Position numbers and translations under genes: made by a program. The notes beneath the pieces were generated by a model, which worked only from the letters and a program-made list of their open reading frames with translations, was not told the DNA's origin and searched no databases. A stretch of DNA of 56,482 nucleotides from the NCBI RefSeq assembly GCF_001194135.2, contig NC_068996.1, positions 29,527,166 to 29,583,647 on the forward strand, in the 5' to 3' direction. This DNA comes from Octopus bimaculoides. Taxonomy: Eukaryota. Numbering within the stretch: position 1 is the stretch's first letter; every line of letters begins with the position of its first letter. Below, piece after piece: positions 15,400 through 29,249 of the stretch.

Positions 15400-16700
15400 C
15401 TTAAATTGTTGCAAGTCAACAGCTTGTGCTGGAAGTGATGTGAACACAATATGGGTGATAAATGGTGGAAAATGAGTCAAAGATGCCTGAGTGTAGGGTC
15501 ACAAGACTACACAGTTCCAAAGTTCACTGTAGTAGGGTTAAAAGGGTAGAGCAAGAGACAAAGTGAGATGTGGGGAGAAAACATATTTGAAGGGTATTGC
15601 TGAGCAACTTTGTATCAATCATGTAATCCATGATATTTGTGTGAATAGCTGCTGTACCATCATTAATGTGGGAGTAATATTGCTTTGTGAGTTTCCCTAG
15701 AGATTGGTAGAGGATTAGTAGCTGTTTGGGAAGAATGAAGTATTTTTGGCTTTGAAGTGGACAACCAGTTCTTTTAGTGGATATAAAGCAGAGGTCATCA
15801 GTGACATTAATTGCCTTTGTAGCAATTGTGAGGGTTCTAGTTGTATGCTGTTCATGTTCAGAAGGTGAGCATTAGATGGTATAAATTTTTTTTATGTGCA
15901 ATAATTTTCCGCTTTTTTCACTTTGAAGAAGACTATATTGGCATGATTTCATTTGAAGATGTTTTTGAGATCTTTGTTCTTGGTGTTAGTGCAGATAGGG
16001 ATGCTGTAATAAAGTTATATGTGGATGACACTTTGGTTTGGAAAGTGAGGCAGAACTGAAGTGTGAAATCATCTGTAAAGTTGCGAATAGTACTGGAGGT
16101 GATAGCAGGGTGAACGTTGATATAGTGAAGAAAGAGTGTGGATGCTAAAACATAACCCTACATCACTGGAGAGTTTTTAATGCATATCAGCGAGAGTTCC
16201 AACAGCACTTGCCATGATTGTGCAATCAGGTAGGTAGTTACCAATGCAAGAGATGAGAGATAGATGCAGTTCATAGACAGGCAGTTTTGTGAGGAGATCA
16301 GTGTGCTAGACATACCAAAGCTTTCACCAAATTTCTCAAGAATGAAACCTTATTGGTTATTAACAGGAAAGTATGGTCTCCAATGATCTGGAAACCTTAT
16401 AAGAGATATATCTCTGGTAGCATTTGAGAATGTTTGAGATATCAGAAGTGAGTTTGATGGTAGTAGTAGTAAGGAGGGTCAGAGAGATTAGTTATCTTAA
16501 GAATGAGATATACTGTAGCCTATCTCCAAAGTTAGAACATATCCCTCTAGAGAGAAAGGGATAAAAGAGTTTTGTGGCAATGAGGGCTATCTCTGAAGTA
16601 CATTGCTTGAAGGTATGGAATGAACATTGTTAGGGCCAGTAGCTTTGTTGGTTTGAAGTAACTGCAGGTGCATATGAATGCAAGTGTTGAGCTTGTTGGA
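15400..16700 (-). mobile_element. Degenerate CR1/L2/Jockey-like LINE RT fragment
   Basis: Minus strand gives KATGP.NVH..-like, DI(S)KAF..LLTKLP.Y-like and ..LFLHYIN..TIRNFTDD-like remnants across frameshifts. A further piece at about 14330-14640 is probably related. Clade assignment is tentative. Confidence 0.6.
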
Positions 16701-18107
16701 GTGTGTATCTTCTTGTTAAGAATTATTAGCAAAAGATATAAATATCATCAATAAATCTAGAAAACTGGTGTTTGGAAAGTGGGCTTTTGTGATATTTGTT
16801 CTGTACTGGTTGCTCACATGCAATCTTTTCATTTTCACTGTCAGAAATGCAGTGAATTAGCGATTGGCTTTTTTGAAAACTTGCAATTGATGATGTTGTT
16901 ATTTCACCAATTGTGTTTTGATTTGTTATTCTTATTAGTATATCACAGTAGTCTGTGAGATTAAAACAAATGCAATTAAAACAAGCTTAAAAAAGAAATA
17001 ACTAAAGTTAAAAGGTTAATTTGAAACACATCAAGTGAACATAGCAATAGATGTAAAAGGAACAAGGACTGTACTTATATGATGTATATATGTACATTCA
17101 TACAAACACTCACTACACACACACATACATATACATATATGCATACATACATGCACACATGCATTTGTATTTATACTTGTATATATTCATCCATCCATGC
17201 ATGCATGCATACATACATACAGACATGCACACTTGCATGCATGCATGTATGTATACATGCATGCATACATACATACATACGCACATACATAATTACATTT
17301 AACAGAATAATGCAAGAGATTTTTAAATGAAAAGACACTAGAAGAAAAGCTGGAAATACAACTGTTTGAATTTGTCAACTTTAAACGGGAGTAACTGGTG
17401 TACTCTGAAGGGAATGACAATTAAATATTTCAAAGACCTTATCCATAACTTTTACCCATAGGTGCTTATATCACTGCTTTTTAAGATTGAAGTTTTAAGA
17501 GGTTCATCTGTTGCTTAAATTATTAGTCACTGTTTAAAAGAAAATATTGGTAAGCATAGAGTTAAAGAGAAACTTAATTCCAGATTATAAGATTGACATG
17601 TTTCTTGTAGGTGTATCAGACAGAGTAGATTTTGTATAGGACACAATGCAATTGTGTGTGTGTGTCACACATACATACATATGCATACATAGAGACCACA
17701 AGAAAAAGGTATATTCAGTTGGACACTGATGTGGTAAGAAAAATATAAAAGAAAGAGGATATCTAGACCATTGATAAAGAATTTATAAATCTATCATTAT
17801 TGGAGTAACAGGATACATGGAGCAAAATATGGCTGAACTTGGGTTTTGGGGGTTAAAACACAAATCCTTAATTCATACACTACAAATGATCATGATATCT
17901 GAGACAATAATAATCTGCAAGACCTCCTTAAAATATAAAGGATGTTTAACAAAACAAGATGGTTTTCTTCACAACTTTGCAACAAAGCATTCTAAACTGA
18001 AAAGAGAAAGAGAATATACATATACATACACACACTCATACATATGTACATTTAGATGCATGTGCATGTGTGTGCGTATATATATATATTCTCTTTTACT
18101 CTTTTAT

Positions 18108-18445
18108 TTGTTTCAGTCATTTGACTATGGCCATGCTGGAGCACTGCATCAAAGGGTTTTAGTCAAACAAATCAACCCCAGGACTTATTTTTTAAAGCCT
18201 AGTACTTATTCTACCAGTCTCTTTTGCTGAATTGCTAAGCTATGGGGGATGTAAACACACCAATACTGGTTGTCAAGCAGTGATGGTGGAACAAACACAG
18301 ACACAAGCATACACACACATGTATATGATGGGCTTCTTTCAATTTCTGTCTACCGAATCCACTCACAAGGCTTTGGTCAGCCCAAGACTTACTACACAGT
18401 GGGACTGAACCTGGAACCATATGGTTGGGAAGCAAGCTTCTTACC
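18108..18445 (-). mobile_element. CORE-like SINE
   Basis: Reverse-complement match, with an internal deletion. Confidence 0.8.
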
Positions 18446-19248
18446 ACATATTATATATATAATTCACACACGCCCTTTATAATGTCGCCCTTTTGCATAT
18501 ATCCAGAGACCCTATTGGGTTAAAATCTCTATATACTAATCAAGCTGCTTATAGAAAAATGAACGCATAGAGAGAAACACACAGACCAAAAAGCTCTATA
18601 TCTAACGAAATCATTTTGTGAGCATCAAAGCACAAGAGAAACAATTTTCTATACTAACAATACTATGACATGCCTGACCAATAACCACTACCTTCCAAAT
18701 AAAAATAGGAAATATCTTAAATAACAGTAAGTAAAGAAACTGACATCCTTTTGTAAACCCCTAAAAAATTCCATTTCAAAAAAGGTGACACACCCAGTTA
18801 TTAAGATTTCAAATACTGGACATTTATACCTCTAATCTTTATATTGTCAAAGCAAAAAATTAAATCCAATAAAATCAAAAATAATTGAACTACTTACACA
18901 TACTGTGACTATCTAATAGAGACACACCTAAACATACACACTTGCTTGCAAAGTTCTACATAAATGAATAAATTCTAAACAATAACATGACACCAAATTT
19001 AATTAATAAAAATTTCTCCAAAACACCTCTCCATAACACCCCGCCCTAAAAAATAAATGCCACTCCACTCATCCCCCCACCCACAAGGAAGACTTTAACC
19101 CAGCAGAGACTATATAAACCCAAGATTAATTCTTATGCATTGCAGCCCAATGATGGATTAACTAGGTGAAATTTCAAAGTCAAAATCAACTATATTCTTG
19201 TTTAAGAATAAACTCTCACACATACACACACACACTCTCTCTTTCACT

Positions 19249-19302
<54 letters not shown>

Positions 19303-21229
19303 ATACATTTATTCATTATAACTGATGTATTAAGTTCTTCATCAGATCATGTTTGCACTGTGTAAAACATATTCCTAATAAGCTCTGCAACTCTTTACAC
19401 ACACACAGAGTTGATGTCATAAGAATTTATAAACTTTTGAGAAAATGTAAATAATTTTAGGGAAATAGTGGATCTCAACCTAATATTTACATGCTGTTAT
19501 TTATAGCTTTATGTACTTCAAGATCCACTGTTTCAACACACACACACATAAACTTAACAGTTTGATTCAGCATCACATGGCTTGTTTTCTGGGCATGTTG
19601 GACACATCCATCTCATAAGATGTTTGGGGGCAGAGTGGGGGTGGGTGGGTGAGAGAAATTCAAGATACCTTCTAGGCATCTATTGACCAGCTCAGGTCAT
19701 GTGGTATTAATGCAATACTAATTATTTTCTTTATTTTTAAGTCTATGTATTTGGATAGAATGCTGATGGTACCACTTTGACAGTGGTCTTTGACATAGTA
19801 TATTCAATGACAACAGTTTCTCATCCTGGGGGACATACATGGTAGGGTAAGCTATTGGGACAAGTCAGATGACAGAGCTACTGTGTTGAGTGCTACTTTC
19901 TTTCATTTGCTCACCCACTTGTCCATATATATATACACTCACACATAATAATCATATATGTGTGTTTAGAACATTCTTATATTCAGCACTATTTCCTTTT
20001 AATTCAAAATATTAAGTGAGAAAGGATCAGGGGATCCAAGCATTTATCTCAGACAGCACTCCTGCACGTATCAACTATCTGAATGTGTAGGAAGAGGAAT
20101 TTTATTAATAGAATCATTGTTTTCAACGAAACATAAAATCCAGATGGTTATATTCCATTGCAGGGTATTAATAACAAGTGAAGAATGGACTTGCTGATAC
20201 TACATTTATTCCACAGCTTACAATCATTTCAGTTAAGACTAAATGACTGTAGGTTGATCATTATGTAATACATATTGTACAATATCATTGCTCTCATCCA
20301 TGTCTTCATGCATGTTATTTGTTACACATTATTGAAACAAATGTAAATGGTGGAATAAATGTAATATCATCAACTTCATTCTTCACTTGTTACATGTATG
20401 TGTGTTGTTAGTTTATAGATTAGAGACAGGTATTCTCCGTATAGAATACACTTCGTAGTGCTCAAGAGGTTTAAACTTGAGCAGGTAGAAGAGGGAATGT
20501 AAGGACAAGCAAGTTAGGCAAGTCGATATGCAAAAATTATTAAATAGCTGTTGGACTCATAAAACTCTTACTCGGCCCCTTTAATTCGTGATATATCATT
20601 TCTATTTTGTGCAAGTTGGACTTTTTTATATGCATACATATGTGCATTTTTTTAATATTAAATGTATTTAATATTTTTTGTATATTGACTTGCCTAACCT
20701 TACATTTACTCCTGTATATAGGTATATGTATGTATGCATATATGATGGGCTTCTTTCAGTTTCTATCAACTAAATCAACTAAATGCACATGGTACTGTGG
20801 TTAGAAAAGGTGCATTTCAACTATGTGGTTCCAGGTTCAGTCTCATTCTACAGCTTCTCTGGTAGATATCTGCAACTATAACCCTAAGCTGAACAATGTC
20901 ATAAGTGAATTTGAGTGATAGCAAGTGTGTCCATAAACTCATTGTAGATAAGTACATCTATCTATCTATCCGTCCATCTGTCAATCTCTCTCTTTCTCTC
21001 TATATATGTGTGTGTGTGTGAATATATATATATGCATGTGATTGCGCATGTGTGTGTATTTTTGTGCTTGTGTTTGCCTCTCCCAGCTTAACAACTGGTA
21101 TTCGTTTGTGTATGCTTCTAGCTTAGCAATTCAACTGAGAGAATATATAATGAATTTAAGATAAGTGTGGTTGATCCTTTCAGATGGCTGTATTCCAATA
21201 ACTGAATCAAGTAAAATAATAAAGGAATA

Positions 21230-21260
<31 letters not shown>

Positions 21261-21769
21261 AGTGAGAGAGAAAAAAGAAGTAGACCATCTGACAGAGGTA
21301 GAGAGAGAATCTGATTTTCATGTATCATTTTTTTATTTTCATCATTCACACAACAGTATCTGTTTGACTCCTTTTTTCTGATTTTTAATAACATGTAGCT
21401 CCAGGTAGATTTGTACCTACAAACTAAACTGTAGTAAATTGAGCAGTAGGTCATGCATCAAGTAATTGTCAAGATATAGCAGGTTCCAAGGTTCCTTATT
21501 CTTTTTGTTTTTGGAGTTAAAACTGAACACACAATACCATTTTTGGGGGAGTGAATTAAATTTGAATTTTATTGGAGTTGGTTTAGAAATCTTTAATATG
21601 ATGAATGCTAATTCATTTACTGTTTAACACATTTTCAGATTGATCAATAAGAGTTTCTTCCTTTAATTTCAGATTGTTGTACAATGAAATTTTTAGAAAC
21701 TTTAACACTATTAATTTGAATCCAGATCCATACAGTTTTACTATTCTAACAAGATAAACAGTTTGCTTT

Positions 21770-22052
21770 CTAACCACTTAGCATCTTGGGCAACTGTCTT
21801 CTACTATAACTCCAGGCTGACCAAAGCCTTGAGTAGATTTGGTGGACAATAAGTAAAAGAATCCCTTTGTTTATAACTAAGCATGTATGCGTGTATGGTT
21901 GTGTCTCCTTGTCTTGACAGTGTGAGCTGGTTGTCCTTCATTTCCAATCTTCCATGGAAATATATCTGGTCACAAAAAAGGGGCCTCAGCAAGTCCCTAT
22001 GATCCATGTGAACATGGAAAAGTGGATATTAAAACATAATGATGATGATGAT
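21770..22052 (+). mobile_element. SINE with CORE-like body and RTE-like (GAT)n tail
   Basis: gcatcttgggcaactgtcttctactata... followed by catgtgaacatggaaaagtggatattaaaacataatgatgatgatgat, which resembles the RTE 3' end. Confidence 0.65.
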
Positions 22053-22330
22053 AATATTCATATCTTTATTTGCAGACACAGGTATGCAGATAGGAAGATA
22101 GCTGGGTAGATAGATAGATAGATAAACAGACAGACAGACAGATAGATAGATAGATATGCTCCTCTCCACACACTAGAGAACAGAGAAGCCAGCTCACAAC
22201 ACCATTTCTCCTAATATTTCCTGAAGAAGGGGTTCTAACCTAAAAAAAGTGAAATACAAAGTTAAAGTACAAACCATGAACTTTCAGTTTAAAAAAACAA
22301 TTAAGTGCATCTATAACAATGTAAATTGTG

Positions 22331-22368
<38 letters not shown>

Positions 22369-23244
22369 TTCATTTTTGTAGACATACTTACATGCACATA
22401 TACATATATACGTGCATTTATACACACATGCAAATATGATAAATACATCAGTGCAAGCATGCATACATTTCTGATACTTTTATTAGTAAGAAAATGATTT
22501 TACCCTAGCTTTCTCCATGCTCATATGGATTGGACCAGTTAAACAAAATTACGTTTATTACTAAAAGGTAATATTTATCCACACTTAAAAGTGAATGTTG
22601 CATTTGGACACAAGATACTACAATAGTTACCTTTTGGTATTAATACTACTTCTGTTGTTAATATTACTGTTGTTACTATTGAAATTTTGCTATTGCAAAT
22701 TTTACAATAACCTATACCTTATCCATGATATATATTTTTTATCTTATACTTGTTTTAGGTTTGCAACCATAGTGGGCACTGCTTTGAAGAGTTTAGTAAA
22801 TTGGATCACAGAACCTATTTTCTTTATAAGTTTGGTACTTACTTTATTGATCTCTTTTGTAGTAATACAAAGTTATAGAGCCAAAAACAAACCAATACCA
22901 ACTGTCAAGCAGTTGGGCAGAAGCAAACACAAATGGAAAGATATACACACACATGATAGGTTTCCATACACACATACATATGTATACACATATGCAAACA
23001 CACACACACATATATACTTATGAAGTGTAATCTATGCATAAGCCTACTCTTAATTTCCCATTTTCCTTCTTTAATGTAAAACTGGAAAATGGAGATTGGA
23101 AGCATGCTCAAATAAATCAATAAACATTACTTCATGTATTGAGTACTTATTCTCTTATAAATCTAATTGCCAGAAACTATAGTAGAAAACATTTGTGCAA
23201 GTTGCTGTATAGACAACCCAAGACCACATAGATGATAGACAAGC

Positions 23245-23288
<44 letters not shown>

Positions 23289-24859
23289 TATATACACATA
23301 TACATATGTATGTATGTATGTATGTATATATACACACACATACACACATATATATTTCATATGAAAGCCTGGAAATCAATGTTTTGAAGTTACAAAAATA
23401 TACCCTTTTCATAAAGCTTTTTAGTAGTCTTTAATGTTAAGTTGAGCAAAATACAACTATGGATATTTTCTTACTATCAAAAATAAATAAAAGAACATTA
23501 TGTGTATGATTTTATGCATATACATACATACATGATTGTGGGTGTGGGTGTGCTTGTATACACACGTACATTGTATTACACTAACTTTCAGAACATTTAT
23601 ATTATTGTACTTTATTCTTGATTGTATGAACCCTTTCAAAACTAGTCATGATCTGGGTCATTTTTCATTAATAGGATTTGAGTTTTCAAAAATTTGATAA
23701 CAGTTCTTTTAGTTTTTCTTATCTCTTAAAATTAGATATTTGAAATTCATCAAACAATAAATGCAAATCACCTTTATTCATTTACATTCAGCAACACCAC
23801 TTGACAATAATAAAAATATTAATATTATCATAGTAAGACTCTTCTAAAGTACTGTGATATTTATATTATTAAGTTTTAAAGTAATTTATATTATTCTCTG
23901 ACATCTCATTATCATATTTATTGACACAAACTCTGAAAGTTTTGGGCTATACAGGTACCATCATCTAAGAACAAGTTTTATAAAAAAAAATACCCTTTCA
24001 GAATAGTTATTATAATCATACAAATCTTATATTGAACATACTCTAAATTGTAGGGGTAGCAAAAAATTGAAGGTATTCACTTTTATCGAAATAAAAATTT
24101 GCTAAGATAGATCAGATAATTAACCTAAAGAATTGTCAATCAGTTAAACATATTACTGAATATTAAAAAAATTACATTTTCGTTCCAATTTACAGCTGTC
24201 TCGCTCAAGATAGTCATAAATAAATTTTAATAAACAGTTATATAAAAAATGTAACTAAATTACAAGTTGTAAATGTAAAATTAATCTTGTTACTGGTAAT
24301 ATTTGATTAGAAGATACTTCTCAGTTCAGTGATAGATTTTGGCAGTTTTGTAACTTGTTGATTATCACATTTGAAATATAGCTTTCATCTCCGATTCTTT
24401 TTGAAATATAATAGGAGAATTTTTTAAAATTACTGAAATCTTTGAACACATTTTTTATTCTGTAAGATCAAACACATTTCCTTGATATCTTCGGGAGTAA
24501 CTTGAACATTCTATTTATTGGTTTTGAACATGCTTTAAAGAGGAAGTTATCGTATATCATCATATCAAGAAGTAAGCTTGGTAAAAATATAGATTTCTAA
24601 CACAATTCACGACACTAGACTATTCAGGAAAGGGAATTTAGAAAACATTTCTCTTGTAAATATCTATCAAAATATTAATGAAAGTATTCTAAATATAAAT
24701 GCTTAAAACATTTCGCACCATGATTATAACCGATATTTTTGGCAATGAGGGCTTTGTAAACAAACCTAGAAAATGATATCATACTAGATACAACATTAAA
24801 GCAGTATGACAATTATAGAAATGCTTCAAATAATTCTAGAGAAAAAGTTTTCGAAGCAG

Positions 24860-26423
24860 AGCTACGGGAAATATTATGCCGAGAGCGTGCGTGATTGAGA
24901 CCTATAAATATAGAATTTAGTCTCAACACCTCAACATAACATTCATTATGATAATTTGACATTCGTATTATCTCAGTAAGAATAGTTTAAATGGTGTCGA
25001 TTTTGGTGATATTTATGCACAAACTAAGCAGACAAGTGTTAGATAAATGCGAATTTAGATTACAAAGCGAGAGAACTACACATTTTAATAGTATCTTTAT
25101 TAATTTTCCAGCAAGCCATATAATATCCAAAGTTAATCTAAAACATTAACGATTGTCTATAAAATGGGTGGATTAGTTTATATAATCTAACCAGAACCGA
25201 CTATTAGAGGTAATATTTCTAACAAAAATCACTGCTACTCATTCCCCGCCTCCAACACATTGACCATTTCCTAACCAGTGATCACTTAAGATAACACAGA
25301 CATAGGGAAAGAACGATGGAACATGTAACAACAAATTCTAGATATTCGTTTTATTACAACGACGACGACGAAAATAAGACGGAATGAAGAAATTGCTGTA
25401 GATGTCGGTAAATGTGATAATGTGCGGGTGCGTCAGAGGTAGGAAGCGAATCCAGCGAAGTAGTGGCGCAGTTTATCTGACTACCACCATCACCACCACC
25501 ACAGCCGCCGCCTTCATCAATATTACCATCAACAGCAGCAGCACAACTAGCAGCAGCAGTCTAACCGAGAACTTGTTCAAGAGAATCCCCCTCACTTTGT
25601 ATCTGAGAATAGACGATAATTCTAACCAATATTTAGGGGTGCGAGTAAATATTGCACTTCATTCATATCCGAACATCTTACGATTGAAATAAGTGCAATT
25701 ACAAACGGAGATAAGAAAACTGAAGTTGAAATATTTAAAAATATTGTCAAATTTAAAGCTTGGAAAAAGGCCGACTACTACAATTGCGACGCTACCTACC
25801 ACACCATTAACAGTAGTTAATACCCAACATTCAGTATTCGAGATTTTTCGGTATTGTCCGTGATGAACTCACTCATGTGTACTATGTGACAGTCGACCAA
25901 TAATAATCGAGTGCGATCGTCACATGGTAAAACGAATATATGAATAATTTTTCTCCGTAACACGAGATCGAACTCGGAAGTTTCCGTTGTTTTCTGACAA
26001 GCTGAAACTTTCAACAGCGGCCATCTTGCGTAAAATTTTCAGTTGTCGGAACAATTTGGAATTTTCGCAGAATTCAAATAGTAAATTCTACGACCTTGTC
26101 CTACTGGTTGTCATTGGATAGTTAATATCTCTATTCAGACTCTATATCGGATTTAGAAATAGATTATATGAAATCATTGTGAGTTTAGAACATGAATTGT
26201 ATATTAACGGCTTTGTGCCCGAAGATTTATATCGAGCACCATGAAGGGATTGGATTTTAGTCCCTTGAAATAATGATCACCATCACTGGAGCCATGGCTG
26301 TGGACGGTTTTGCAGCCTCTAAACCGCCATTGCAGTTAAAGGATTATTACATGGAACGAAAAGCTTGAGGTCGTTGCAAAACTGGAAGTGCAATAGTTTA
26401 TATTATATATAGGGGAGTATAAA
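24860..26423. promoter_or_regulatory. CpG-enriched promoter/5'UTR region of CBP, possibly bidirectional
   Basis: CpG and GC are visibly higher than in the flanks and TE fragments are absent. YY1-like motifs occur at 26017-26028 (minus strand, CAAGATGGCCGC) and 26421-26430 (plus strand, AAAATGGCCG over the ATG). TSS not determined. Confidence 0.6.
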
Positions 26424-26505
26424 ATGGCCGACCCCCAGGTTGTAGAAGGCCCTCCAGCCAAGAGACCAAAGCTTGCGTCACCTGCTTTACCAAGTGACAG
26501 TGGAG
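26424..26505 (+). CDS. CREBBP: CBP/p300 histone acetyltransferase, coding exon 1 (MADPQVVEGPPAKRPKLASPALPSDSG)
   Basis: ATG at 26424, then the PAKRPKL NLS-like motif typical of the CBP/p300 N-terminus. Donor G|gtatgt at 26505/26506 is phase 1 and joins exon 2 in frame (G+AT = Asp). Confidence 0.9.
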
Positions 26506-26706
26506 GTATGTAGTAGTATTTAATTTATTTATATTTTTATATGTTCTCTGTGATTGTGTTCTGCTAATTTCAGACTTTCGATTATTTTTGTGTTTTAGTG
26601 GAGAACGATCGCAAACATTCGAGCCGACGATCGTATGTTTTGTTTGTTAATTTATAGTTTACTGTCACACTTGTATTATCTTATCGCTTTCTCTTAAAAT
26701 TTTCAG

Positions 26707-27479
26707 ATGCATTTATGACTGAATTCGATTTAAACGAAGCGCTACCAGATGAGTTAATGTCTACAAATAACTCGGCAAGTGATGGGTCCCACAATGGAAC
26801 AAATGATTCTCAGGTTCCATCCGGTCAAGATACCAGTTCGCAAAGGCACCCACACCAACAGTTATCTCATCTTCTACAGCCTACTTCTGTTTCAACACAC
26901 TCTGGAAATAACATTTCTAGTCCTCAAAACCCTCAGAATCAAGGGGGTACTGGACCACCTAGTAGAAACCAGATGATTGCTAACATCAATTCTAGTCCGA
27001 GTATAAACAACACTGTAAAAAGTCCATTATCTGGCAATTTGTCTTCACCACCCCACTTAAGCAAAGCAGGAGCAGCTTCAATCCATAGCACCGATTTACC
27101 ATTGACCAGCAGTAGCTCATCTTTTTCATCAAGTAATAATGTTATAAGCAATCTTATTATTGAAAATGTTGGCAACACCCACTTAGGACCTCCAGGAGTT
27201 GGTATGAAGCCGGTAACTCCACAAAGTGCTTCTACTCAAAGTACTGTCAGTAATTCTCAGAGCCCACACCATAGTCAGCTTCTAAACGGACCACATTACT
27301 CACCTATGACGGCAGCAGGGCCAGCACGGAATTCTACATCCAATTTAGCTGCTGGAGGCCTGGCCATCTCTCAGAACAATGTTATCAGCACGAATACATT
27401 GAGTACACATATACCGTTGTCATCTCATTCTGTTGGACACCCAGCATTAACTGCTGCAGGTCAGACGCCAATGATAAAG
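26707..27479 (+). CDS. CREBBP: CBP/p300 coding exon 2 (N-terminal nuclear-receptor-interaction region)
   Basis: Acceptor ttttcag|AT. Translates DAFMTEFDLNEALPDELM, resembling CBP LFDLENDLPDEL, and contains an LxxLL motif (QQLSHLLQ, compare QLSELL). Donor AAG|gtatga, phase 0. Corresponds to the 256-aa ORF in the track. Confidence 0.9.
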
Positions 27480-29029
27480 GTATGATTTTTACCCTTTTAT
27501 TTTTCGATCTCTAAGATTTTATTGTTAATCACGATGATTGTTTTAGTTTCTTTTTCCGAGTTTGGGACAGAAACTGGTCGACGCCTCTCTATACTACTCT
27601 CTAGCCGTCTTCTTTAAATTGCACTGTTATTGTCTGTTCCCTTTCCCCTTCTTCTTTGTCTTCACACCATACACATATTCGAATCTGATCATACACATGC
27701 ACATCTATGTAATATCGGTTTTTCTTTTTATACTATTCTTCAATTTCTAAAAGAATGGTTACCAAAAACTGATTTCCCTCGTTAACATTGTTATGTTTAC
27801 TTTTCTTTTACTACTGAAGTGTAATAGCTGCTGCTCTGTTGTGGTCATTGTACTTGTTCGTTAACATTGATATTAACACTGTATATAAAAATGGTGAAAC
27901 GACAGCTTATTTCTTGTTATTGTTTATCTTTTATACTGACGTACACACCCACAGACTGCTGCTTGTGGTGATGGTGTTGGTCCAGAGTGTAGTGCCCGAC
28001 TGTAAATTAAAAGCTTGGATCACTCACACTTCCCTTATTATATTTGATATACATTTGTAGAGAAAACGCAATTTGTTAGTGAAATGAGATCATTGTTTTC
28101 TGATCATCAATGTCTACATATTGTTCCCTTAATTTTCAAATATCACGCTTTTCCCACCCATCATTTACTATATATCTAATATTTGATATATAAATTGACC
28201 ATTTTTTTGTTGTTGCTATTTTACCTTATAGCGTATGACATATCCATACTGATCCATTTGTTTATTAACGGTAGTAGGTTTTTTGTTTTGTTTTAGAACA
28301 ACTTTATTTTACATCAACTTTTATTTTAATTTTTACTTCTCTCTTTATATACTCAATACTACGAAGTAATTCTCAAATTGCCGTAAGCCCTTTTCAGGAT
28401 ATTTTTTAAACATTGGATTTGTTTGAAATATATTTTTAAAGTCTCCATAAACGTCTGTATAAGAAATATTTCTTCTGGAGATTCACATTGCTTTGATCTT
28501 TGTTATGGGTTTCAAACAATTAGGAAGATAAGTTTGTTAGATATTATGTGATTTTCTATATAATATAGTCATTGCAATGACTGAATCTGTATGTCATCTG
28601 TGTAAATAAAATATTAGGCACCTTCACAATTTTATAATTCTATTGACAGTTAATACAGACAGCGTACACACATACAGGAGTCTGATAAAATATTTTGTAG
28701 ATTTTTAAAAATAGTATTTAGAATTAAGTTGACCACTTGGTTATAAACGATGTTCCGATGGACTACGATTGGAATGTGATATTTATCTGCAATCATAGAC
28801 AAGTACTGTTCCATTTTTACAATTGCTATTAACTTGTTGCATTCATCAGTGTTAATCTCCCCTCACACTTTAGTAATTTATCTACAGAAACTATGCAACA
28901 TAGTCTCCATCTCATCAATTCTTTCATCTCCTTTTTCTCAGTTTTGGGTGAGATCTTGATAAATGTATGTTTTCCTGCATTTAATTTCTGTAATAAATGT
29001 GTGTGTGTGTGTATGTGTGTATGTATATA

Positions 29030-29129
29030 NNNNNNNNNNNNNNNNNNNNNNNNNNNNNNNNNNNNNNNNNNNNNNNNNNNNNNNNNNNNNNNNNNNNNNN
29101 NNNNNNNNNNNNNNNNNNNNNNNNNNNNN
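29030..29129. other. Assembly gap of exactly 100 N (probably an unknown-size placeholder)
   Basis: Exactly 100 N flanked by (TA)n. Confidence 0.95.
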
Positions 29130-29249
29130 ATATATATATACATACTGGTACCCTAGCATGGCCGCAGTTCAAGGCTGGAACAACTAATTAAATTAAAAAA
29201 TATATATTATTTGTATAGATTATATATATGTATATATTACATAGTGTTT

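Noticed and set aside
24320-24461. 45-codon open minus-strand frame after an acceptor-like ttacag
   Set aside because: No recognisable homology or partner exons; plausible by chance.
25817-26014. ORF ending MSEFITDNTEKSRILNVGY, weakly reminiscent of a methyltransferase motif I
   Set aside because: Too short, the donor is weak and no downstream exon was found; not supportable without homology searches.
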